From Verrucomicrobiia bacterium (GTDB lineage: Bacteria; Verrucomicrobiota; Verrucomicrobiia; Limisphaerales; UBA1319): DNA of 64,000 nucleotides. Both the position numbers and the translations under genes were made by a program. The notes beneath the pieces were generated by a model. That model did no database searches. It saw nothing but the letters and a program-made list of their open reading frames with translations, and was not told where the DNA came from. Positions within the stretch are counted from its first letter, which is position 1; the number at the start of each line of letters is the position of its first letter. This document shows, piece by piece, positions 28,803-36,580 of the stretch. Location of the stretch: the NCBI GenBank assembly GCA_963664225.1, contig OY760937.1:2336001-2400000 (forward strand). Reading direction: 5' to 3'.

Positions 28803-29122
28803 TGGATTTGAATTAAGCGTTTTTTATACCACCTCATTTTCCACGAAGCAAGCATACCCTCTCCACTTCAACAGTTTGAATGCGCTTTCCGAATGTCCGC
28901 AATTTTATCGTTATAACTCCTTAATATCTGAACCTGCCGACAAAAACCTCATTTTCAGTCGCAAACGATTTTCCATCGATCACGCCGACGATGCCGATGG
29001 CGGCGTGGCGCATGGCCCCCTCGAAAGCGCATTGTGCGCGTGGCTGAGGCGCTCCGGGTTTTGACCGGAGCAGATTCACCCGCAGGTGGGTGTGCGCCTC
29101 CGGTCCGAAAAAACGACAAACC

Positions 29123-30322
29123 ATGAAAACTTCCATTCCAACGTGCGCGACGCGTGGACTACGCGCGGACCGCCTGGTCTCCGCCGCCAATCGGTGGCGC
29201 GAGCAATACAATCCCCTGCGTCATTTGACGCTCGATCGGGCCGTGGCCCTGCTGGAGGCTTATCAGCGGGGGGACATGGCCGATGTGCAATGGACCTTTT
29301 ACTGCGTGGAACAGGCCGATCCGGAACTTTGCGCGCTGGTGGAGCGGCGGTCCAGCGCGTTGCTGGCCCTGGACTGGACGATCAAGACCTGCGGGGGCGC
29401 GGATTCCACGCTGGCCCGGGAACAGGTGGCCGCCCTGCGCGAGGCCTACGAAGGGATCGATAATTTTTACGAGGCGATGGATCACCTGGCGCTGGCTGCG
29501 TTCCGGGGCTTCGCCCATCTGGCAAAGAACGGCGACGCGCACGGTGGCATCCGTCACCTCGAAATTCTGGATCAATGGAATGTGGCGCGGGAGGGACTGC
29601 GCGGTCCCTGGAGATACAATCCCGAGGCGCGCCCCGCTCCGTATCGGGCGCTGGACGCGCGGAACACCCTGGACCCGCGCCAGTGGATCATCCGCGAGGT
29701 GAAGCGACCGATCAACCGGATCGGGCTCATCAAATACGCGCGGGCCAATGTGGCGGAAAAGGATTGGGCGGCGTTTGTCGAGATTTACGGTCTGCCGGGC
29801 GCGGTGATCATCGGCCCACCCAACGTGGCCCCGGAGGATGCCCCGCACTACGAAACGCAGGCCGCGCTCGTGGCCGAAGGCGGCAGCGGGTATCTGCCCA
29901 ATGGCGCAGGTGTCCAATTCTTCAGCGGACCGCGGATCACACAGCCCTACCGGGATTACCTGCGCTATTTGTCCGAGCAATTGGTGCTGGCCGGAACGGG
30001 TGGCATTCTCACGATGCTGACGGCCAGCGGCACGGGCACGCTGGCGGGGTCGGTTCACGCCGAGACCTTCCACCAGATCGCCCGCGCCGAGGCCCGCGTC
30101 ATCAGCGAAATCTTTCAAGACCAGTTCGACCGGTATTTGCTCGATGCCGCGTTTCCCGGGCGTCCGCACCTGGCCTATTTCGACCTGGACCCCGGCGAAG
30201 AGAAAAACCAGGAGGCGGTCATCGACCAGGCCGTCAAACTGGCCCAGGCGGGTTACCGCATCGATCCGAACGAATTGAGCGAGAGAACCGGTTTCCGGCT
30301 TTCCGAAAAACAAACCCACTGA
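29123..30322 (+). CDS. Mu gp29-like portal protein (DUF935)
   Basis: R-x(6)-DWTI, KDWAAFVEIYGLP, GTLAGSVHAE and ARVISEIFQDQ patterns; first gene of the head cluster. Confidence 0.82.
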   Translation: MKTSIPTCATRGLRADRLVSAANRWREQYNPLRHLTLDRAVALLEAYQRGDMADVQWTFYCVEQADPELCALVERRSSALLALDWTIKTCGGADSTLAREQVAALREAYEGIDNFYEAMDHLALAAFRGFAHLAKNGDAHGGIRHLEILDQWNVAREGLRGPWRYNPEARPAPYRALDARNTLDPRQWIIREVKRPINRIGLIKYARANVAEKDWAAFVEIYGLPGAVIIGPPNVAPEDAPHYETQAALVAEGGSGYLPNGAGVQFFSGPRITQPYRDYLRYLSEQLVLAGTGGILTMLTASGTGTLAGSVHAETFHQIARAEARVISEIFQDQFDRYLLDAAFPGRPHLAYFDLDPGEEKNQEAVIDQAVKLAQAGYRIDPNELSERTGFRLSEKQTH

Positions 30323-30329
30323 CTCCAAA

Positions 30330-31382
30330 ATGCAAAACACTCCCATGAACAATCTCATTGAAAAAGATGTTTTTGAATTGCCCGCCGACGGCTGGTTTCA
30401 CCTGGCCCCGAGCGGCGAACATATTCACCCCGCGACGGGTGTGACCCAAGTGATCGATGACGCGGCGCTGCAAGCGATCTGCGCACAATTCGAAGCCGCT
30501 TCATCGTTGCCGGGATTCAGCGGCGCGCTGATCGATTACGATCATTTCAGCTATGACCCGCGGCGTCCCAGCGAGGCGGCGGGCTGGATCGTCGCCCTGA
30601 AAGCGGAAACCGGACCGACGCCGCAGCCGGGTCTGTGGGCCAGAATCCGCTGGACGCCCGAGGGCCGGAGCGCCGTTGAAGCCGGGCGCTACCGTTTTCT
30701 CTCGCCGGTCTGGCTGGCGGGGGATTGCGAGACGCTGGATGCGGCGGGGCGCAAACGCCTGCGACCGCTGCGGCTGGATTCGGCCGGGCTGACCAACAAC
30801 CCGAATCTCAAAGACCTTGCGCCGCTCTCCAATCGGAATTCGCCATTCGAGAATCAATTTCACTCCAACATCACCCTTAACAATCAAGACAAGGACTCCA
30901 TGAAAAACATGCAAAACATACATCAGGCATTGGGCTTAAGCCCCGAGGCCGCCGAGGAACAGGCGGTGACGGAAATCGTTCAACTCAAAAACCGCGCCAC
31001 TGCGGCAGAGTCGCGGATTCGCGCGCTGACGGAGGAAAACCAGGCGCTGGCCGCGTTGCGGGCGGACGCCGATCTGGAGCGTTTCCAGAACCGGTTCTCG
31101 CCTGCGGCCCGTGACAAATGGCGCGCGGCGCTTCTGGCCAACCGGCAGGCCACGCTCGAATTGCTCGAGTCGCTGCCGGTTCCCGCCAGCCTCCCAAACA
31201 CACAGGCCCCGCAACACCTGCGCGCGGCCACAAAGACACCCGACAGCCGCCCGCTGGCCAACCGCGCCGCCGAGCAGCGCCAGGCGGTGCTCGAATACAA
31301 GTCGCGGCATCAATGCGGCTGGCAACAGGCCTGGGACGCGCTGCGTTCCCAGACACCCGAACTGTTCAACGGACAACCCTGA
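30330..31382 (+). CDS. Mu gpI-like prohead protease fused to a scaffold domain
   Basis: IDYDH, AAGWI, GLWARIRWT, YRFLSPV and LTNNPNL; helical C-terminal half. Confidence 0.88.
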   Translation: MQNTPMNNLIEKDVFELPADGWFHLAPSGEHIHPATGVTQVIDDAALQAICAQFEAASSLPGFSGALIDYDHFSYDPRRPSEAAGWIVALKAETGPTPQPGLWARIRWTPEGRSAVEAGRYRFLSPVWLAGDCETLDAAGRKRLRPLRLDSAGLTNNPNLKDLAPLSNRNSPFENQFHSNITLNNQDKDSMKNMQNIHQALGLSPEAAEEQAVTEIVQLKNRATAAESRIRALTEENQALAALRADADLERFQNRFSPAARDKWRAALLANRQATLELLESLPVPASLPNTQAPQHLRAATKTPDSRPLANRAAEQRQAVLEYKSRHQCGWQQAWDALRSQTPELFNGQP

Positions 31383-31441
31383 AGTGTCCGCCATTCACAC
31401 GTTTCACAACCCACAACAAAATCAACACCACACAATAAATC

Positions 31442-31840
31442 ATGAATTCCATTGCCCGTGAAAATGCCGTCGTCTCTCTCACTCCCACCGCCGATCACAC
31501 CGGCAAGGAGGGGTATCTCGTCGATGTGGATGCCGCCGAAAAGGCGGCGCTCATCGATGCCACCACCGACCTGCCCTTCGGGATCATCCTCGAAGGCGCA
31601 ACGACCGCCAGCAAGAGCGCCATCGCCGTGGCCGCCGGCGGGTTCAAGGGAACGGTGCGCGTGAAATTGGGCGCAGCCCCGGGAACCGTGAGGGCGGGCG
31701 TCCTTCTGCAAACCAACAACGACGGCACGGTGCGCGCGGATGCCGGAAGCGGCTCGCGCGTGCTGACGGCCCAGGCGCTCGAATCGGGGGCGGCGGGTGA
31801 ACTCATCGAAGCCGTCCTGTTCAAACCAATCAGCCTCTAA
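31442..31840 (+). CDS. Capsid decoration/cement protein (DUF2190-like)
   Basis: 132-aa Ala/Gly-rich protein ending ALESGAAGELIEAVL, between protease and capsid genes. Confidence 0.75.
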   Translation: MNSIARENAVVSLTPTADHTGKEGYLVDVDAAEKAALIDATTDLPFGIILEGATTASKSAIAVAAGGFKGTVRVKLGAAPGTVRAGVLLQTNNDGTVRADAGSGSRVLTAQALESGAAGELIEAVLFKPISL

Positions 31841-31918
31841 AAAACTGGCAACAACTGGCGCGGGGAATTTTTCACCGCGCAAACCAACCATCACTTAAAC
31901 AAAACACTAATCACATTT

Positions 31919-32839
31919 ATGGGAGCAAAAACCACAGCCGCTTATAATCCGACACTGACCAATTACGCCCAGGGCCTTTCGCAGGACCTGGCCAGCGCCA
32001 CGGCCACCTTCCTGGCGCCCATCGTCGAAGTGCCCGCCGGGCTGGGCCGCTACAAGCAGTTCGACGACAAAAACGCATTCCAAATCTACAACACGGAACG
32101 CGCGCTCGGAGGTCCGGCCACGCGCATCCAGTTCAACGCGACCGATCCCTCGTTCGATTGCCGTCCGCAGGCCCTGGAGGTGGGAATCGACGATGCCGAA
32201 TACGACGCGGCGGGCGACAGCGGCGCGGGCCGCATGGAAGAGAGCCGCGTGCGGACGCTGGTGACCTCCGCGACTTTGGCCCACGAGGACAAGGTCATCC
32301 AGGTGGCCAAAACGATCACCGCCGTGGCAGCCAGGGGCAACTGGTCCAACGCCACGATCGATCCGGTGACGGAACTGGATGAGCAGATCGAGGCGATTGC
32401 CAACGCGTGCGGGATGCTGCCCAACCGGATCGTGTTCGGGCTGGGCGCATGGCGCGTGGCGCGGAACAATCCCAAGGTCATCAACCGCATGCCCGCGAAC
32501 GCGGCGGTGGGTGTGGCGCTGCAGCAATTCGCGACCATGCTGCTCAACCCGAACATCGAAATCCGGGTGGGGGTTCTCGCGAAGGATCTCTCGAAATTCG
32601 GCGCGGCCAAGAACGCGGCGAACATCATCGGCGCGGAAGTGTTTCTGTTCGTGGGCCAGGAAGCGCCTTCGGAGTATGATCCGTCATTCATGAAAACCTT
32701 CATGACCCGCTCGGGCGGTGTGGATGCCGTGCGCTCCTACCGCGACGAAAGCGCCCGCAGCACCATTCACGCCGTGGATTGGAGCGAGGATGTGAAAATC
32801 ACCGGCACGGCAGCGGTCCGGCGGTTGACGATTTCCTGA
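31919..32839 (+). CDS. Phage major capsid protein (HK97-type, inferred)
   Basis: NPTLTNYAQG...FLAPIVEV...W-x(5)-DP...PNRIVFG...PSFMKTF; 306 aa at the canonical position. Confidence 0.8.
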   Translation: MGAKTTAAYNPTLTNYAQGLSQDLASATATFLAPIVEVPAGLGRYKQFDDKNAFQIYNTERALGGPATRIQFNATDPSFDCRPQALEVGIDDAEYDAAGDSGAGRMEESRVRTLVTSATLAHEDKVIQVAKTITAVAARGNWSNATIDPVTELDEQIEAIANACGMLPNRIVFGLGAWRVARNNPKVINRMPANAAVGVALQQFATMLLNPNIEIRVGVLAKDLSKFGAAKNAANIIGAEVFLFVGQEAPSEYDPSFMKTFMTRSGGVDAVRSYRDESARSTIHAVDWSEDVKITGTAAVRRLTIS

Positions 32840-32856
32840 ACCGCCGTTCTCACCAC

Positions 32857-32894
32857 GCGGGGGCCGGACCACCGGCCTCCGCATTTTCCCTTTT
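32857..32894 (+). terminator. Hairpin / probable partial terminator after the capsid gene
   Basis: GCGGGGGCCGG-ACCA-CCGGCCTCCGC followed by ATTTTCCCTTTT. Confidence 0.6.
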
Positions 32895-32932
32895 ACTCAA
32901 CCTCTTTGAACTCATTCCCTCGACTGATCCTT

Positions 32933-33742
32933 ATGAAACTATTTTATATGCGTCCACGCCGCCGCATGGCGATGGACATCCTGCCCGAATCGCTGGACTT
33001 TTTCCGGCGAGTCCTCCTTAACGGCGGTACCTTCAGTCCCACCTCAATGAAGGCCACGGACGATTTCGTGCGCGCGCTTTTTGACGCCAATCTTTGGTGG
33101 AAGATTCTCGATATGGGATTGTTTGCCGGCGACCAACTGGCGGCGGCGATGGTCAAACTCAAATACACGACCGGTTCGGGCGTGCTCGTGAACAATAACT
33201 TTGTGGCGGCGGATTACGTGGAACAAGGCGCCAGCGGCGGTTTGCGCGGCGATGGCTCCACGAAATCCCTCAGGACCGGCCTAGCGCAAAACGCGGTGGG
33301 CGCCACCGGCCATGTCGCTTTCTACCTGCGCGAGGATTTTTCCCCCGGTTTTTACGAAGCCCTGGTGGGAGTGTCCGCGGGAGGCGATGATTATTTATTG
33401 ATGCAGGCGGACACGAACCTTCAGGCGCGTTTCGGCCAGACCCAGGCCGCGATGCGCACGGATTTGACCCGCGGTTTCTGGTGCGGCGGGCGCGAGGCCG
33501 ATGGCACGTTGTGCCTCTATAAAAACGGGTTGTTGCAACAGGCCAACGCGGCTCCGGTCACCCCGGCCGGCACGAGCCAGGATTTCCATGTGTTTGCGAA
33601 AAACAATAACGGGGTTCCCGCCAACTATGTCGATCGACGGGGCGGTTTTTATTGCATCGGGCAGGCGTTGACGGCCGCCGATCAAGCCTCCCTGAATGGC
33701 GCGGTGCAGGTTTTTCAACAGGCCCTGAATCGCGCGGTTTAA
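32933..33742 (+). CDS. Putative virion surface protein with a lectin/LamG-like beta-sandwich
   Basis: NNNFVAADY...GLRGDGSTKSLRTG...LYKNG...VFAKNNNG...YCIGQALT...FQQALNR resembles phage surface proteins (recognition only). Confidence 0.55.
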   Translation: MKLFYMRPRRRMAMDILPESLDFFRRVLLNGGTFSPTSMKATDDFVRALFDANLWWKILDMGLFAGDQLAAAMVKLKYTTGSGVLVNNNFVAADYVEQGASGGLRGDGSTKSLRTGLAQNAVGATGHVAFYLREDFSPGFYEALVGVSAGGDDYLLMQADTNLQARFGQTQAAMRTDLTRGFWCGGREADGTLCLYKNGLLQQANAAPVTPAGTSQDFHVFAKNNNGVPANYVDRRGGFYCIGQALTAADQASLNGAVQVFQQALNRAV

Positions 33743-33779
33743 TGGCCGCATTCCAAAACCCAATTCATTCAGCATTCCC

Positions 33780-34073
33780 ATGAACGCACTCATACTCAAC
33801 GAAACGGAAAAAATGCAACTCGACGCGCTCAACGCCACCGCGTCTCCGGACCGGCAATTGGTCACGGCGACCTTGAAGGATGGACGACATGTCCTCAACG
33901 CGGACCTGCTTGCGGACGCCGGGCCCGGAGAGACCTGGAGCCACTACGCGACATTCATTCAAGCCCTCGCACGCGAGGAGCCGCCCCGGGAGGACCTGAT
34001 CACGGCCACCGACCGGCCTGAACTCATCGCCGCCGCCCTGGCGCGGGCGGGTTTGGGACAGCCCGAAGCCTGA
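33780..34073 (+). CDS. Small hypothetical protein, last gene of the head cluster
   Basis: 97-aa co-oriented ORF followed by a terminator. Confidence 0.65.
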   Translation: MNALILNETEKMQLDALNATASPDRQLVTATLKDGRHVLNADLLADAGPGETWSHYATFIQALAREEPPREDLITATDRPELIAAALARAGLGQPEA

Positions 34074-34087
34074 AGAGAAATCCACGC

Positions 34088-34130
34088 AAAAACGGGACCG
34101 GTGAACAGCCACCGGCCCCGTTTATTTGTT
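34088..34130. terminator. Bidirectional intrinsic terminator between the head operon and aroF
   Basis: AAAAA-CGGGACCGGTG...CACCGGCCCCG-TTTATTTGTT between convergent genes. Confidence 0.75.
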
Positions 34131-34150
34131 CCAAAGAGATTGCGCGGAAT

Positions 34151-35164
34151 TTAATCGCGACCCGCGGCGGCGATGAACGGTTTGATTTCCTGCATCAACC
34201 GTTTGAAGGCCTCGAGCGTGACCTGCTGTCCAGCATCGCTCCAGGCCTCGGAGGGATTGTGATGCACCTCGATCAACAACGCGTCCGCGCCAATGGCGAC
34301 GGAGGCCTTGCACATGGCGATGACGAGGTCCGCGCGTCCGACGCCCTGGCTGGGATCGATGACGATCGGGCAGTGGGATTCCTTTTTGACGATGGGCACG
34401 GCGGAGAGGTCGAGCGTATTGCGCGTGTAGGTCTCGAAGGTGCGGATACCGCGCTCGCAGAACATGAGGTTGGCGTTTTCGTTGGACAGGATGTACTCGC
34501 CCGCCAGGAGCCATTCCTCGATACGCATGGCCAGGCCGCGCTTGAGCAGCACGGGCTTGCCGGTTTTGGCGGCGGCGATGAGGAGTTGGAAATTCTGGGC
34601 GTTGCGGGTGCCGATCTGGAGGATGTCCGCATATTCCGCCACCATTTCGGCGTGATCCTGTGAGAGCAATTCCGTGATGATGGGCAGGCCGGTTTCCTTG
34701 CGGGCCTTGGCGAGCATTTTCAAGCCCTTGACACCCAGGCCCTGAAATTCATAGGGGGAGGTGCGCGGTTTGAAAGCCCCGCCGCGCAGGATCGTGGCGC
34801 CGGCCGCCTTCACCGCCTCGGCGGTTTTGATCAACTGCTTCTCGTCCTCGACGGAACAGGGACCGGCCATGACCTGGAACTTCTTGCCGCCAATGACCGC
34901 ACCGCGAACATCGACGGTCGAATCCGCCGGATGGGCTTCGCGGCTGACCAGTTTGTAGCGTTTTTGAACGGGCATGACCGACTCGACCTGCGGCCATGAA
35001 ATGAGGGTCTCGAGGGATTGATGGGTGCGCTCGTCGCCAATGGCGCCCACGACGGTGCGGGAAACACCGCGCATGACGTGGGGCTTGTAACCCAGGCGGT
35101 TGATTTCCTTGAGCACGGCGCTCTCGTCCTTACGCGAAATATTCGGTTTTAATACAATGATCAT
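34151..35164 (-). CDS. aroF: DAHP synthase type I-beta with an N-terminal regulatory domain
   Basis: MAGPCSVE, RGGAFKPRTSPY, LLKRG and CERGIRTFE. Confidence 0.95.
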   Translation of the reverse strand: MIIVLKPNISRKDESAVLKEINRLGYKPHVMRGVSRTVVGAIGDERTHQSLETLISWPQVESVMPVQKRYKLVSREAHPADSTVDVRGAVIGGKKFQVMAGPCSVEDEKQLIKTAEAVKAAGATILRGGAFKPRTSPYEFQGLGVKGLKMLAKARKETGLPIITELLSQDHAEMVAEYADILQIGTRNAQNFQLLIAAAKTGKPVLLKRGLAMRIEEWLLAGEYILSNENANLMFCERGIRTFETYTRNTLDLSAVPIVKKESHCPIVIDPSQGVGRADLVIAMCKASVAIGADALLIEVHHNPSEAWSDAGQQVTLEAFKRLMQEIKPFIAAAGRD

Positions 35165-35211
35165 AACTGTTTTTTGATGCGGTTTGGTTTCGAGCGGCCG
35201 CTTGCGGCCAT

Positions 35212-35244
35212 AAAAAAGGCCGCAAGTGTTTCCACCTGCGGCCT
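35212..35244 (-). terminator. Attenuator terminator upstream of aroF
   Basis: AGGCCGCAGGTG-GAAA-CACTTGCGGCC followed by TTTTTT, about 50 nt before the aroF ATG. Confidence 0.85.
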
Positions 35245-35260
35245 GGCTTCGAAATTGTTT

Positions 35261-35347
35261 TTATCGTAGCCGTACGCGCAGGCAGCCGGGCCAAAAGTAA
35301 AACCCGTATTCAAAAACGCTGCTAAAACGCTCGCGGCTAAGACTCAT
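35261..35347 (-). CDS. Aromatic amino acid leader peptide, 28 aa
   Basis: MSLSRERFSSVFEYGFYFWPGCLRVRLR*, with 4 Phe, 2 Tyr and 1 Trp clustered. Confidence 0.82.
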   Translation of the reverse strand: MSLSRERFSSVFEYGFYFWPGCLRVRLR

Positions 35348-35356
35348 TACGGGGCC

Positions 35357-35385
35357 ACAATAACGATGAGCCGGGGAATTGTCAA
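35357..35385 (-). promoter_or_regulatory. Sigma70 promoter of the leader-aroF transcript
   Basis: TTGACA-17 nt-TATTGT. Confidence 0.7.
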
Positions 35386-35847
35386 TCCCCCGATTTTTTT
35401 GAAAATCAATTCGGGCACATGAAATAATTCTGGAGCGTGTGAAAAAGCAATGCGGTGCGCCGAGTTTTAGCCGACTTTGTGGTAACGACCGAAACAGCGT
35501 GCGGTTCCTGCGGTGCTTCGCAGCCCGATCAGCGCCAACATCCCCATTATTCCGAAGGGATTAAACCTCACAGCACCTCCGTTTCTTCAAAACTTAACCC
35601 GATGGCCTTAATGCGAAAATCGCCCGACTGTGCGATCCCAGCAAGGAAGAACTCCATCACCGGCCAAGCCCGCTTCATAGCTTCATCCAATGTGATTTGA
35701 AAAAACTCGCGATTCTTTTGTGAACCTCGAGATTCGCACGTCCGATCTTCAAGAGGTCGGGAATGCTCAAATTGAATGGAAAATTGATGGATCCTGGGGC
35801 CGTCATATTCGGCATGGGGTCGCGTCGTTGCCGCTGACGGGGGGAGA

Positions 35848-36405
35848 TCATTTATTGTCGGCGTTAAAACCAATACGTCGCCTCGGCGGATCGGGCGGAG
35901 GCGCAAGCAGAGGTTGGAGTTTTGCCCAAATGGCGCGCAAGGCGGAATCGTGTTCCAGCAGTGTCGTGTCAATTTCGGCAAGGCGTTTGAGGATGGTCGC
36001 GTTCGCCACCAGTTGCTCGCGCATTAGCATGAAGGCCCGAACGACAAAGACGCTCATGGCGACAGCTTCGGGACTGTTCAAAACCATCGCTGCCATGATT
36101 GAGCCGTGTTCCGTGAACGCGTAGGGCGGATATTTGGCGTGTCGTCCCTGCTCTAAGATCACATTTTGTGATCTTAAAGCCACACGGCCATCGCTGGTTG
36201 CCGTGCCGGCGTCTTTAAGCGCTGAAAATTCCCCGGCGGAAAGTTGGAAAACAAAATCTTCGGGGAAACGATCGGCGTTGCGCTTGACAGCCTGATTCAG
36301 TCCGCGCGTCTCCACTCCATACAAGTCAGCCAGATCGGGAGCGAGAATTACTTTCTGGCCGCGCAATGTGAAAATAAGCGACTCAATGGGCTTCTTTGGT
36401 TTCAT
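35848..36405 (-). CDS. ORF6N (KilA-N-like) domain protein
   Basis: RGQKVILAPDLADLYGVET...QAVKRNADRFPEDFVFQL...PYAFTEHG...RRRIGF. Confidence 0.9.
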   Translation of the reverse strand: MKPKKPIESLIFTLRGQKVILAPDLADLYGVETRGLNQAVKRNADRFPEDFVFQLSAGEFSALKDAGTATSDGRVALRSQNVILEQGRHAKYPPYAFTEHGSIMAAMVLNSPEAVAMSVFVVRAFMLMREQLVANATILKRLAEIDTTLLEHDSALRAIWAKLQPLLAPPPDPPRRRIGFNADNK

Positions 36406-36580
36406 GGCATTCGTTGGTTGATGTAATTGCACATGCCTGCAATTCGCAACCAGTACAACACAAGGCATTCAATGTTTTTCATCATTCTTAATTACATCAG
36501 TATATCAAGCGTAATAATACCAATAGTTGAACGACGAATCGATTGCGCAGGGCCGCATTGGGACAGTCAGACTGGAGCGG

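Noticed and set aside
28921..29064. Possible terminase C-terminal remnant (IDHADDADGG) upstream of the portal gene
   Set aside because: Only a 3-residue resemblance to the HAD motif of Mu-like terminases; cannot be supported without a profile search, though worth running.
29123..34073. Calling the head cluster a complete prophage, PICI or encapsulin
   Set aside because: No integrase/transposase, replication, terminase or lysis genes; a portal plus Mu-type protease is not an encapsulin layout.
35568..35720. Short minus-strand coding-like fragment (ITLDEAMKRAWPVMEFF...)
   Set aside because: May be a gene remnant, but has no credible start or recognisable family.
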